Source: a virus (taxonomy: Duplodnaviria; Heunggongvirae; Uroviricota; Caudoviricetes). Taken from it: a stretch of 64,000 nucleotides of DNA. Location of the stretch: the IMG/VR virus record IMGVR_UViG_2974538492_000001, positions 1 to 64,000 of that record; one strand, given 5' to 3'. Below are positions 44,042-53,471 of this stretch, one piece after another (position 1 is the first letter of the stretch; every line of letters starts with the position of its first letter). The position numbers were made by a program, and so were the translations under genes. Under the pieces are notes generated by a model. The model did no database searches. It was not told the DNA's origin and was given only the letters and a program-made list of their open reading frames with translations.

Positions 44042-44701
44042 ATGACTACTAATACTATTTCTATTCCATATGTTCTAGAACGTTCTAGTGAAGGTGAACG
44101 TTCTTATGATCTAGCATCGCGTATGATGCAAGACCGCATTATCATGATTGATCATCAATTTGATGAAGCGATGGCACACGTTGTTAAAATGCAGTTAATG
44201 TATCTTGATGCACGTAGTAATAACCCTATCTCTATCTATATCTCAAGTCCTGGTGGTTCCGTACATGATGGATTGGGTATTCGTGATGTAATTGGTAACT
44301 GTCGTTCACCTATTAAAACAATTGTAATGGGTTATGCTGCAAGTATGGGTTGCTATCTACAATCAGTTTGCGGTACATCCGGTCAACGTCTAGCTGGACA
44401 AAATGCTTATATTATGGCACACCAAGTTTCCAGTGGGACTAAGGGATTAGTAACTGACCAAGAAATTGCATTAAATCATACTAAGTCTTTGAATAAATTA
44501 TTAACATCACAAATTGCTGCCGCAGTTGGTGTTACGCATGAACAATTCTTATTTGATTGTGACCGTGACCTATGGTTAAACGCCGAAGAAGCTCTTAACT
44601 ATGGTGAATTAGGATTCATTGATGGTATTCTTGTTGGCGAACGTAATGACAAAGGTCAATACAAAGTTAAACGCCGTGGTGGTTCGTTCGATTGGGTATA
44701 A
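44042..44701 (+). CDS. clpP: ClpP-family serine protease (ATP-dependent Clp protease proteolytic subunit homolog)
   Basis: IYISSPGGSV and GYAASMGCYL (catalytic Ser) resemble E. coli ClpP IYINSPGG and GQAASMGAFL; MAHQ (His) and DCDRD (Asp) are in the expected order. Confidence 0.85.
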   Translation: MTTNTISIPYVLERSSEGERSYDLASRMMQDRIIMIDHQFDEAMAHVVKMQLMYLDARSNNPISIYISSPGGSVHDGLGIRDVIGNCRSPIKTIVMGYAASMGCYLQSVCGTSGQRLAGQNAYIMAHQVSSGTKGLVTDQEIALNHTKSLNKLLTSQIAAAVGVTHEQFLFDCDRDLWLNAEEALNYGELGFIDGILVGERNDKGQYKVKRRGGSFDWV

Positions 44702-44707
44702 TGAACA

Positions 44708-44995
44708 ATGACTAAACAACTAATTCGGGGGAGTGAACTTCCCCTTAATTCAGAAGTACTTAGTACTTCTGAGTTTATTACTGTAGCACTTGAACAGATT
44801 TCAAGTACTGCATTGGCAGTAAAGGGTTCCGATGAAGCTGAGCCAGTTCTTACAGCTATGTCAGATATTTTAGAATTAATGTGCAGTTTGTTAAAAGCAA
44901 AAAATATTGCACCAGAATTTTTATTTGAACATGCAGAAGTACTACGAAATACAGAAGGAACTTTCGAACCGAAAGTAGCAGTAACTAAGGAGTAA
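44708..44995 (+). CDS. Hypothetical protein, 95 aa
   Basis: Closely follows clpP. Confidence 0.55.
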   Translation: MTKQLIRGSELPLNSEVLSTSEFITVALEQISSTALAVKGSDEAEPVLTAMSDILELMCSLLKAKNIAPEFLFEHAEVLRNTEGTFEPKVAVTKE

Positions 44996-44999
44996 TACA

Positions 45000-45446
45000 A
45001 TGGCTAATAATGATCAATACAAACTAGGGTATAGTTACTTTCAAGAAAGTACTGAGTTACTATCTCCTGAGCAATTAAAACAAATGCATCCACTATATCG
45101 TCGTGGATATAGAACTGCACAAGAAGATTTGATGAAAAAAACTCATAAAAACTTCCCAACAGTTCTAAGTGATATACCTCGTATTCCAGTTGCATTTGTT
45201 CCTGAATATTCTGATATTTTAGCGGCAACTCGTCGCCCTCGTATGAATAAGTTACATCTTCCACAAATGGAGCCAGTACTTAATTTACTAATTACCTCTG
45301 TTGAAAAGAAAAAAGATCAAATTAAGCGTTATGCTGATGTTGTTCGATTGGTTGATGAAGGATTTGATGTAATTCTACAGTACGGTTATAATTGTGGGAT
45401 TTTAACTGAATACGATTTATCACAATATAATTACGAACCAAAATAA
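45000..45446 (+). CDS. Hypothetical protein, 148 aa
   Basis: RBS taaggagtaatacaATG. Confidence 0.7.
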   Translation: MANNDQYKLGYSYFQESTELLSPEQLKQMHPLYRRGYRTAQEDLMKKTHKNFPTVLSDIPRIPVAFVPEYSDILAATRRPRMNKLHLPQMEPVLNLLITSVEKKKDQIKRYADVVRLVDEGFDVILQYGYNCGILTEYDLSQYNYEPK

Positions 45447-45452
45447 CTAATC

Positions 45453-45480
45453 TAGGCCACTTAATTGTGGCCTTATACAT
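45453..45480 (+). terminator. Hairpin terminator
   Basis: ctAGGCCACttaattGTGGCCTtatacatttt. Confidence 0.55.
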
Positions 45481-45493
45481 TTTAGGATTCATC

Positions 45494-46057
45494 ATGAGAT
45501 TAAAGGCATTCACTTCAGAAGAAACTGATAAACTATTAGAAGATATTGAATTCATTGCAACTAATGCATATACTATTAATAAAAAAGCAGTAATTATATT
45601 AGAACTAAAACATATCCAGTACTTGGAACATTTTAAATGGACTTTTTTTCAATGGAATCCATATACTCAATCAGAGTTTATTAAATCGTTGTACACATAT
45701 AATTCTTATATTATAGAAAATATTCCAGATGACGGATTTAGTAGAAGTGTTTTTGAAGAGCATTTTATGAGTGAATACGGTAAATTTTACCGTGGAGAAA
45801 CTTTCCATTTTCGTTTATATCAACATCAATTGGAAAAATATGGAGTCCCACTAATTACTGATGAAGAATTGGAAACTATTAAGATTGCATCGACACTAAC
45901 TAGTTTTATGTACAATTATGAATTCAGAAAAACATACACCATATTAGTAAATTATGCACATAGACCATTTGAATTTGATGAAAAAGATATTGTGTGGATA
46001 GAATTGATTAATAGATATAAAAATATAGTGGAGAAACATTTATGCAATATAAATTAA
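45494..46057 (+). CDS. Hypothetical protein, ~187 aa
   Basis: The ORF track GTG start at 45467 lies inside the terminator hairpin; the ATG at 45494 has RBS tttaggattcatcATG. Confidence 0.6.
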   Translation: MRLKAFTSEETDKLLEDIEFIATNAYTINKKAVIILELKHIQYLEHFKWTFFQWNPYTQSEFIKSLYTYNSYIIENIPDDGFSRSVFEEHFMSEYGKFYRGETFHFRLYQHQLEKYGVPLITDEELETIKIASTLTSFMYNYEFRKTYTILVNYAHRPFEFDEKDIVWIELINRYKNIVEKHLCNIN

Positions 46058-46566
46058 CCGAAGAACAAAGTGCAGATTTATTACTTCAATTAGAAAATTA
46101 TATTCCTATCATTTATAAAATTAATGAAGTAGCATATGAATTTATGATGAAGTACTATAAAACTTATATATCTAATGGACAATATTTTTTTATTCCTATG
46201 AATGAAAAAAAATTCTTTAGAAAGATGGGTTCTGGTTCTGAAATATTTGGTGTATATAATGATGAAATACCTTTAGTACGTGCAAGTACTAACTATATGG
46301 GATTCAATACAAAATTTCTACGAAAGCATGGAATAATTATCGAACCAATTAATGGGGAATTAATTTTTGAAGCAACTGGATGTCCAAGTATAGAGTATTC
46401 AAAAACAGTTTATGATGTTACTCAACTATTACAGTTTTTAACTGAATATAGTAATGTACCATTTACATTAGGAACTGAAGAATTGAAATTATACGAACGT
46501 GTTAAAAATGTAAATAATAAACGAATTCAAACTTTGATTAATGTGGGGATTACATATGATATATAA
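46042..46566 (+). CDS. Hypothetical protein, 174 aa
   Basis: Overlapping start. Confidence 0.6.
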   Translation: MQYKLTEEQSADLLLQLENYIPIIYKINEVAYEFMMKYYKTYISNGQYFFIPMNEKKFFRKMGSGSEIFGVYNDEIPLVRASTNYMGFNTKFLRKHGIIIEPINGELIFEATGCPSIEYSKTVYDVTQLLQFLTEYSNVPFTLGTEELKLYERVKNVNNKRIQTLINVGITYDI

Positions 46567-47044
46567 GGAATTAACACAAAATCAAACTAATATTTGGATA
46601 AAGAATATCAATAAAAGTATAGAACTAAATGAATTTTTATTGGAAAAAATTAGAAATCGTTATAACTTTATGAATGATGAATATAACGAAAAATATTTAA
46701 CTGGTTGGACTAGATTTTTTTTTGAAAAAACCTGTTATGCATCACCATATAATGGATATATATATGAATATGGTCATGGTATTTTTAAATTAAGAAATAT
46801 GACGCCATTTACAAATGAAGAATTGTTGTTAGATTATCATTCCACCTTATATTTTGAAAAATGGAAAAGAAAATTAGCTTTAACACAAGAACGCTGGCTT
46901 AAATATGCTGACCAGCCATTTAAAATAGATGAAAATGATGTTATCTTTTATCAAGAATTGATAGAATTTCATTATAAGTCAATTGTAATTATAAAAAACT
47001 TAGGAATAGATAATGAAAAATTCAACTTGGATGAAGATTGCTAA
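46556..47044 (+). CDS. Hypothetical protein, ~162 aa
   Basis: Internal ATG with RBS gtggggattacatATG. Confidence 0.55.
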   Translation: MIYKELTQNQTNIWIKNINKSIELNEFLLEKIRNRYNFMNDEYNEKYLTGWTRFFFEKTCYASPYNGYIYEYGHGIFKLRNMTPFTNEELLLDYHSTLYFEKWKRKLALTQERWLKYADQPFKIDENDVIFYQELIEFHYKSIVIIKNLGIDNEKFNLDEDC

Positions 47045-47489
47045 AATTGTAGCAGAAGAAAGTAAATGTATTTCACAACATGTTGGTGCCGTTATTGTAA
47101 AAAATGACCGTATTGTCAGTACTGGATATAATGGTACTCCATCTAAACAACAAAATTGTTGTGATGCAAATTCACATTTAGTTAATAATGGTTATCAGGA
47201 TTGGATTTCGGATGAAGCACGTCATGAACATCATTTATGGAGTCAACTACATGAGTTACATGCAGAGCATAATGCACTCTTATTTGCAAATCCTCTTGAC
47301 AGAGAAGGAGCAACATTGTATTGTACCTTACAGCCATGTTTCGTGTGTTCATTGTTAATTGCTGGTTCTGGCATTAAGAGAGTGATTTATGAAACTGAAT
47401 ATCATAGAACACCAAAAGAAGCTCTTGACGTTTTGAAAAATGCTGGTATAATTGTTGAAAGACTATCGGACATTGAGGAAGAAAAATGA
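47013..47489 (+). CDS. cd: dCMP deaminase (T4 cd family)
   Basis: HAEHNALLFA (zinc-binding HAE) and LQPCFVCSLLIAGSGIKRVIY (PCxxC), co-linear with T4 Cd. Confidence 0.9.
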   Translation: MKNSTWMKIAKIVAEESKCISQHVGAVIVKNDRIVSTGYNGTPSKQQNCCDANSHLVNNGYQDWISDEARHEHHLWSQLHELHAEHNALLFANPLDREGATLYCTLQPCFVCSLLIAGSGIKRVIYETEYHRTPKEALDVLKNAGIIVERLSDIEEEK

Positions 47490-47758
47490 AAATGCTAGTT
47501 GTTATTGTACTTGCTATTATTTTATTGGTTGCGTTAATTGCAATTTTCAAATCATTACTTGATATAAAAACTAATGAAACTAATAGTAAAAAGAACACTC
47601 GTAACTATAAAGTACGCTTTGATGCCGCAGCAGAAAAGTACTATATTGTTAATGAATTACAAACACATGATGAGCCAGTAGTTAATTGGACTGGTCGACG
47701 AGTTATGTATAAAGAAAAGCCTAAAGCAGAATTTGTAACTGAAAAATTAAATTCGTAA
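47486..47758 (+). CDS. Small membrane-anchored protein, 90 aa, N-terminal TM
   Basis: ATGAAAATG overlap with the cd stop; MKMLVVIVLAIILLVALIAIF. Confidence 0.6.
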   Translation: MKMLVVIVLAIILLVALIAIFKSLLDIKTNETNSKKNTRNYKVRFDAAAEKYYIVNELQTHDEPVVNWTGRRVMYKEKPKAEFVTEKLNS

Positions 47759-47767
47759 AATCATAAA

Positions 47768-47793
47768 AAAGGAGCCAATTGGCTCCTTTTTTG
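47768..47793. terminator. Bidirectional rho-independent terminator between convergent genes
   Basis: aaaaaaGGAGCCAATTGGCTCCttttttg; perfect palindrome flanked by A-run and T-run. Confidence 0.8.
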
Positions 47794-47805
47794 TTATATA
47801 AAATA

Positions 47806-48711
47806 TTAAGCAGTAACAGTAACTTGAACAGTTCTAGACCATGCAGAACCTTCAGAAATAGTTAAAGTTGCATTACCGGCGGCAACACCAGTGATGACAG
47901 CAGACGTACCACTACCAGAAACGGTGAATATTAATGGATCTGAACTAACGAATGAAGCTTCCATTGGATACCCTTCACCATTTTTTGAACCAGAAACTGA
48001 TATATTTGCTGTTCCAGAAACTGCAACTGTTGCAGGATTTGGAGTAATATCAATTACATATACATCACTTACAGTTATAACACTCGTATCGGTATGTGAA
48101 CCATCTACAGTACTTGCAGTTATTGTCGCAGAACCACGTAGTAATGCAGAAACTAATCCGCTATCACTTACTGATGCAATAGTAGGTGCAGATGATGTCC
48201 ATCCTACTGATTTATTAGTAGCATTTACTGGATCAATAACAGCCGATAGCTGTTGAGTTTGTCCTACATTTAGTGCAGCAGTTGCAGGAGTAACACTAAC
48301 ACCAATAACTGATACTGGATCTTCACCTTGTCCTTGATAATTATTCAAGAATAAAGTACTACCATCTTGTAAAATAACTTTATTTAGAAGTAAGCGGATT
48401 GCAAATCCAACTACTACATCTGACGTATTTTTAATACTAATGCAGAAAGTTCCATTAGCTAATTTATCTGCGATTTCCGCACCTGTATCAGCAACATCTA
48501 GATCTGCTCCGGTTTTATCTACACCGGTAATTTGTACGAAAGGATAAACGGTTGCACCGTCAGCAGAAAGCAAATCAAACATATTGATTGAACGTTGCTT
48601 ACTGATTCGTATATTTGTTAACTTAGTACCATCTTCAAGCACAGCAGCATCAATATTGATACCATCTACACCGAATGGTGACTTGTTACGACCAGCAATT
48701 GGTTTTCCCAT
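47806..48711 (-). CDS. Ig-like (bacterial Ig-like group 2) domain protein, 301 aa; candidate virion surface or decoration protein
   Basis: C-terminal half holds two Ig-like segments (VSVTPATAALNVGQTQQLSAVIDPVNATNKSVGWTSSAPTIASV... and ITPNPATVAVSGTANISVSG...); the N-terminus is paralogous to 48753..49790. Confidence 0.7.
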   Translation of the reverse strand: MGKPIAGRNKSPFGVDGINIDAAVLEDGTKLTNIRISKQRSINMFDLLSADGATVYPFVQITGVDKTGADLDVADTGAEIADKLANGTFCISIKNTSDVVVGFAIRLLLNKVILQDGSTLFLNNYQGQGEDPVSVIGVSVTPATAALNVGQTQQLSAVIDPVNATNKSVGWTSSAPTIASVSDSGLVSALLRGSATITASTVDGSHTDTSVITVSDVYVIDITPNPATVAVSGTANISVSGSKNGEGYPMEASFVSSDPLIFTVSGSGTSAVITGVAAGNATLTISEGSAWSRTVQVTVTA

Positions 48712-48752
48712 AATTAAAATCTCCTTAAAGGATTATACTTTATAACTATTTA

Positions 48753-49790
48753 TTACAAATATGTCGTATCAAGCATTACTTTAAGTTCTAAAACATCTCC
48801 AGTAATTAAATGTTTAGCGACAATTGTACCAACAAATAATCCAGTTGGTATTCTTCCTGGTGGTGGGTTTTGTTCTAAGAAATTATTTAGATAAAATTTA
48901 TAACGTTGAATATTTTGAGCTACTGTTAATCCTGGAGTAACTGCATTATCTTTAATATTACGACCAAAGCGATAATCAATAAATTCTAAAGTCCCATCAC
49001 GTACTTCCAAGTGCCAAGAAATATTATCTGCTGTCATTTGACCATCTGGATTTCCATAAAAAGTCATAGTAACATCATATAAATCTGTAATTCTACCAAT
49101 AAATTCACTTGAGAGAATACCAATACTAAAAGGAATAGTAAATTCTTGTCCTTTAGTTGCATCCAATTTAATAGTATAAGTACTATCAACTGGAACAACG
49201 ACTGAGTTGTATGATCCTGTTCCAGCAGGTTGCCATAAACGAGCAGCCATTGCTAATTGAATGATCCCATCAGTCGCAGTAACCATTGAAGCAGCCGAGT
49301 TTCCATTACCTATTAAAAGTGTATTTGGACTTGACGCTTTTACAAAAGCAGCCTTCTCACCATTCGGAACATAAACAGGTGCAGATGGTTCAGGTGAAGG
49401 TGCATAAAAAATATTATAATTTGGCACAAAGAACGTTTCAGAATTTGACATATGAACTAAATTATTGTATAATTTTGTACAATACCCAACAGTATCATCA
49501 TCTTCATTGAGAACTCGTATGAAAAATGAACCTGTTGGTATTGCAGCAAGTGCATCATCATCATCTAAAGTCGGGTCTAAAATAACACCAGTACTGGTAG
49601 TACCAGTAATTGATACTTTACGGTGAATAGCTAAATTACTTACATCAATTAAGTCGAAGCGTGTACTTGAACGTTGTTTAAGAATTCTTAAATTTTTAAT
49701 AAGTGTACCGTTCTGTAGCTTAGCTCCATGAACGATGATCCCCGTTGTGCCAAACGGTAATCTATATACACCAGCAATAGGTTTACCCAT
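48753..49790 (-). CDS. Paralog of the previous gene, 345 aa, without clear Ig-like repeats
   Basis: N-terminus MGKPIAGVYRLPFGTTGIIVHGAKLQNGTLIKNLRILKQRSSTRFDL versus MGKPIAGRNKSPFGVDGINIDAAVLEDGTKLTNIRISKQRSINMFDL; RBS aggag on the minus strand. Confidence 0.7.
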   Translation of the reverse strand: MGKPIAGVYRLPFGTTGIIVHGAKLQNGTLIKNLRILKQRSSTRFDLIDVSNLAIHRKVSITGTTSTGVILDPTLDDDDALAAIPTGSFFIRVLNEDDDTVGYCTKLYNNLVHMSNSETFFVPNYNIFYAPSPEPSAPVYVPNGEKAAFVKASSPNTLLIGNGNSAASMVTATDGIIQLAMAARLWQPAGTGSYNSVVVPVDSTYTIKLDATKGQEFTIPFSIGILSSEFIGRITDLYDVTMTFYGNPDGQMTADNISWHLEVRDGTLEFIDYRFGRNIKDNAVTPGLTVAQNIQRYKFYLNNFLEQNPPPGRIPTGLFVGTIVAKHLITGDVLELKVMLDTTYL

Positions 49791-49842
49791 ATCAAATCTC
49801 CTATAAAAGTATGATATTTTTAATTATCATTCCAATTTTGTC

Positions 49843-49871
49843 TTGACACAGGAATGAACACGTGATACATT
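49843..49871 (+). promoter_or_regulatory. sigma70-like promoter TTGACA-N17-TACATT in the divergent intergenic region
   Basis: gtcTTGACAcaggaatgaacacgtgaTACATTgta; a second TGTTATAAT extended -10 lies at ~49957. Confidence 0.45.
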
Positions 49872-50018
49872 GTATCTTGTACTGAGTTATTTATTTTAGG
49901 GTGTTTCTAAATGCATAATTTATATTCATTAAAAAAATGGAACATCAAAAAAAATTATGTTATAATATAAGCATCAAAGCGTTGTAGCTTTGAATAATAG
50001 ACTAAGGGAGTCTTAGAT

Positions 50019-51092
50019 ATGAAAAATGAAAAAGTATATGTATATATTGGTCGTTTTCAAATGGCACATTCAGGCCATGAACAAACAATTAAACATGCGT
50101 TAGAAAATTCAGACCGTTTGGTAATTCTTGTTGGTTCATCTGACCTTGCACGTGATCCTAAAAATCCGTTCACGTTCGATGAACGCAATCAGGTACTGGA
50201 TGCTATGAGTACTCGTTTAGCACAAGAAGAATGGGCTAAAGGGCGTTCGGTTAAGATTAATATCTTACCAATCCACGATTACGTTTATAACAACAGCAAA
50301 TGGTTAATGGAAGTACATGAACAAGTCAAATCAGTAACATCAAGTACTGATATTACTATTACTGGCTGTCAGAAAGAAGCAGATGAAAGTACTTTCTATT
50401 TGAATTTCTTCCCACAGTGGAAACCAGATTTCATTCCAGAGCATAAAATTTCTGAAGGTAATTATACTGTAAACAGTACTGAAATTCGTAATCAATTCTT
50501 CAGTACTAAACAAGTTCCTACAAGTCTTCCAGAAGAAACAAAAGAATTTCTTGCGAAATTTATGCATACTAAACCAATGGTATTCGATAATTTAATTGGT
50601 GAATTCAATTTCATTAATCGTTATCGTTCAGAAATGATTGAAAAATTACCATTTAAAACTATACCATTTATTACTGGCGATGCATTGGTAATTTGTGCTG
50701 GTCATGTACTATTGGTTAAACGTAGGACTTTCCCAGGAAAAGGTCTATATGCACTTCCTGGTGGTTTCTTCGATTCTGAACAAGATGGAACTCAAATTGA
50801 TTCCGCTATTCGTGAATTAAAAGAAGAAACTAAGATTGATGTCCCATTAAAAGTACTTTATGGTTCTATTCGGGAAAGTATGGAATTCGGGGATAAACAC
50901 CGTTCTCTACGTTGGCGTATTATTACCAAATGTGCTTATATCCAATTACAAGACAGTACTTTACCAAAAGTAAAAGGTGCTGATGATGCGGAAAAAGCAT
51001 TTTGGATGCCTCTTGGTGAATTAGTTAATAATCGTGATAAATTCTTTGAAGACCATTTAAGTATTATTGATACTTTCTTAGGTATTTTATAA
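50019..51092 (+). CDS. natV: Bifunctional NMN adenylyltransferase / Nudix hydrolase (NadM-Nudix, NatV-like)
   Basis: N-terminal IGRFQMAHSGH (NadM-type GRFQPxHxGH); C-terminal Nudix box GGFFDSEQDGTQIDSAIRELKEETKI. Confidence 0.85.
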   Translation: MKNEKVYVYIGRFQMAHSGHEQTIKHALENSDRLVILVGSSDLARDPKNPFTFDERNQVLDAMSTRLAQEEWAKGRSVKINILPIHDYVYNNSKWLMEVHEQVKSVTSSTDITITGCQKEADESTFYLNFFPQWKPDFIPEHKISEGNYTVNSTEIRNQFFSTKQVPTSLPEETKEFLAKFMHTKPMVFDNLIGEFNFINRYRSEMIEKLPFKTIPFITGDALVICAGHVLLVKRRTFPGKGLYALPGGFFDSEQDGTQIDSAIRELKEETKIDVPLKVLYGSIRESMEFGDKHRSLRWRIITKCAYIQLQDSTLPKVKGADDAEKAFWMPLGELVNNRDKFFEDHLSIIDTFLGIL

Positions 51093-51097
51093 TAATA

Positions 51098-51126
51098 TTG
51101 GAGTACACTATATAGTACTCCATTTT
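51098..51126 (+). terminator. Hairpin terminator
   Basis: ttGGAGTACactatataGTACTCCatttta. Confidence 0.55.
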
Positions 51127-51140
51127 AAGCGAGTGAACAT

Positions 51141-51659
51141 ATGTTATATTGCCAACCAAATAGTTTTTATGATGAAATGCTATATATTTCTAAAGCTAAT
51201 GATAAATTTTTAAAGAAGTTATCATTGCCACAATATAATATTTCAAATTCTATATTAATGATAGAACCAATAAGTTATATTATTAAAATAGTACTCAATG
51301 AACCTAATTTTAGTGGTACTGGAAATATAATTGCATTACGAACTTTCGGAGTTAATAACTCATTAACAATGACTGCCGATTGCACTTATATGAGTGTATA
51401 TTACGCAATAGTTGTTAATGGAACATTATTGATTTCCAAAGGATCTATATCAGATGTTTATATGAATGATGATGGTGATACAATATATACCACATCAGAT
51501 GGATATGGTGATGAATATCATTATAGTATTCAAGATATAGCTAATGCTGGAAATGATTTATATGCGTTGTATGCATATGTATATTATAATGATAATATAT
51601 TTCGACCAGATAATTTATTAGCAAAAATTCCAGTAATTTTATTAAAGAATTTGGTATAA
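51141..51659 (+). CDS. Hypothetical protein, 172 aa
   Basis: Lies between natV and nadV. Confidence 0.6.
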   Translation: MLYCQPNSFYDEMLYISKANDKFLKKLSLPQYNISNSILMIEPISYIIKIVLNEPNFSGTGNIIALRTFGVNNSLTMTADCTYMSVYYAIVVNGTLLISKGSISDVYMNDDGDTIYTTSDGYGDEYHYSIQDIANAGNDLYALYAYVYYNDNIFRPDNLLAKIPVILLKNLV

Positions 51660-51714
51660 GCCAAAATAACCGAAAGCGTGTAGCTTTCACACCTATACTA
51701 AGGGAGTCTTAGAT

Positions 51715-53193
51715 ATGAAAAATTTAAAAGTAAACTTTATTCTTAATGTTGATTCATACAAAACTGGTCACGGTTTTATGATGAAAGATGGCGTTGTAGC
51801 ACTCGAATCAAACATAATTGCCCGTAAACCATCCAAATTTGCTACTCATGTAGTGATGATGGGTATTCAGTACTATCTACAAGAGTATTTGGATATTAAT
51901 ATTACTGTAGATGATATCAACGAAGCAGAACATGAAACTAGTCAACGTGGTGATGACTTTGACCGCGAATTTTGGGAACATATTGTAGAAGTACATGGTG
52001 GTAAAATTCCATTACATATTCGTGCTATTCCTGAAGGTACGTTGGTTCCTGTTGGTTGTCCTTTGGTACGTACATTTAGTACTGATGAACGTGTGGCAGT
52101 AATTGAAAGTTACATTGAAACTCAGTTACAACGTGCAATTTGGTTCCCAACAACTGTGGCAAGTAATGCTCGTAGCATTAAAGAATTTTTAGCAGATACA
52201 ATGGAACGTCATGCAGGTCATCGTTTTGTAGATTATCATCTTCATAACTTTGGTGATCGTGGTGCATCAAGTTACGAATCAGCCATGATTGCTGGTATGG
52301 CACATGCAACTGTTTTTAATGGTTCTGACTGTTTATCTGCTAATCGGTTCATTAAATATTACTATAATACTGACAAAGCATATTTGACCAGTGTCACTGC
52401 TAGTGAACATAGTGCAACTTGTTCAAACTCAGACGCAGACAAACGCGACGACTTTAATATGGCGTTGAAGATGGTTCGTTTGTGGGAGAAAAAAGTTGAT
52501 CGGTTCATTGCAAATGGTTCTGTTGGTGTTCCACCAATTGTATCAATAGTTATTGATACTTATGATGCATATCGTTTTGTTCGTGAATTTATTGGTACAC
52601 GTTTAAAAGATATGATTATTGAAATTGCAAAACGTTGCCCTGGTGCTAAACTTGTTATGCGTCCAGATAGTGGTGATCCAACAACCATGCCAATTGAAAT
52701 CATTGAACTTCTGATGGAAAAATTTGGCAGTACTGTAAATGGTTATGGGTACAAAGTACTTCCACCATTTATTGGTGTAATTCAAGGTGATGGTATTAAT
52801 GAAACTAGTATTCGTCAAATTGTTTCTAATCTTGATGATAAAAAACTTTGCATTGAAAATATAGTTTTTGGTATGGGTGGTAAATTAGTTCATCCTGCTG
52901 ATGGTCGCGATACTTTTTCTTTTGCAATGAAAGGATCTGCACAAAAACTTGAAGATGCTACTTGGGAAGATTTATTCAAAGATCCAATTACTGATGTAGG
53001 TAAACGTTCTTTGCGTGGTCGTGTAACAACTTATGAATGCACTAATACTCATAAAATTATTGCAGAACGTATAGAATTACAAGAAATCAATCCATTCTTA
53101 CGAGATATGATGGTTGATATGTATATTGATGGTGTTATCATGAATCTCTGTTCTTTTGATGAAGTTCGTGAACGTGCCAACAAAGGGTTATAA
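51715..53193 (+). CDS. nadV: Nicotinamide phosphoribosyltransferase (Nampt / NadV)
   Basis: DSYKTGH, IRAIPEGTLVPVGCPL, LHNFGDRG, RPDSGDP and GYKVLPPFIGVIQGDGI are co-linear with human NAMPT ATDSYKVTH, IKAVPEGFVIPRG, LHDFGYRG, RPDSGNP, GYKLLPPYLRVIQGDGV. Confidence 0.92.
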   Translation: MKNLKVNFILNVDSYKTGHGFMMKDGVVALESNIIARKPSKFATHVVMMGIQYYLQEYLDINITVDDINEAEHETSQRGDDFDREFWEHIVEVHGGKIPLHIRAIPEGTLVPVGCPLVRTFSTDERVAVIESYIETQLQRAIWFPTTVASNARSIKEFLADTMERHAGHRFVDYHLHNFGDRGASSYESAMIAGMAHATVFNGSDCLSANRFIKYYYNTDKAYLTSVTASEHSATCSNSDADKRDDFNMALKMVRLWEKKVDRFIANGSVGVPPIVSIVIDTYDAYRFVREFIGTRLKDMIIEIAKRCPGAKLVMRPDSGDPTTMPIEIIELLMEKFGSTVNGYGYKVLPPFIGVIQGDGINETSIRQIVSNLDDKKLCIENIVFGMGGKLVHPADGRDTFSFAMKGSAQKLEDATWEDLFKDPITDVGKRSLRGRVTTYECTNTHKIIAERIELQEINPFLRDMMVDMYIDGVIMNLCSFDEVRERANKGL

Positions 53194-53198
53194 TATTT

Positions 53199-53225
53199 TA
53201 GGGGGCGTTTTGCCCCCTTATTTTT
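53199..53225 (+). terminator. Rho-independent terminator
   Basis: ttaGGGGGCgttttGCCCCCttattttta. Confidence 0.75.
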
Positions 53226-53235
53226 AAGGTTTAAT

Positions 53236-53469
53236 ATGATCGAAATTTTAAAAAATGTTGCATTATCAATTGCCGTAGTTGGCTTTGGATTATCCGTAAT
53301 GTTTCCATTTTTAGTACAAGCATATGCAATGACAGGGTTAGGTATGTTAGTAAGAACCACAACAATAAAAGAAAAAATAAGTAAAATGTTATTATTATTA
53401 ATGTCAGTGATTGCGACTATATTAGTTATTGCATATTTTATTATTACATTACATTATATTTGGAGATAG
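53236..53469 (+). CDS. Small membrane protein, 77 aa, 2-3 TM helices
   Basis: VALSIAVVGFGLSVMFPFLV and LLLLMSVIATILVIAYFIITL. Confidence 0.6.
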   Translation: MIEILKNVALSIAVVGFGLSVMFPFLVQAYAMTGLGMLVRTTTIKEKISKMLLLLMSVIATILVIAYFIITLHYIWR

Positions 53470-53471
53470 TT

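Noticed and set aside
47891-48256. Plus-strand 121-aa ORF inside the minus-strand Ig-like gene
   Set aside because: It is antisense to a gene with clear Ig-like domain structure and sits beyond a bidirectional terminator, with no promoter or RBS.
49980-51720. T4 middle-promoter (MotA box TGCTTtA) interpretation of the shared GTAGCTTT leader upstream of natV and nadV
   Set aside because: The spacing between the box-like sequence and the nearest -10-like hexamer (4 nt) is far from the ~12 nt required, so it was kept only as a duplicated leader.
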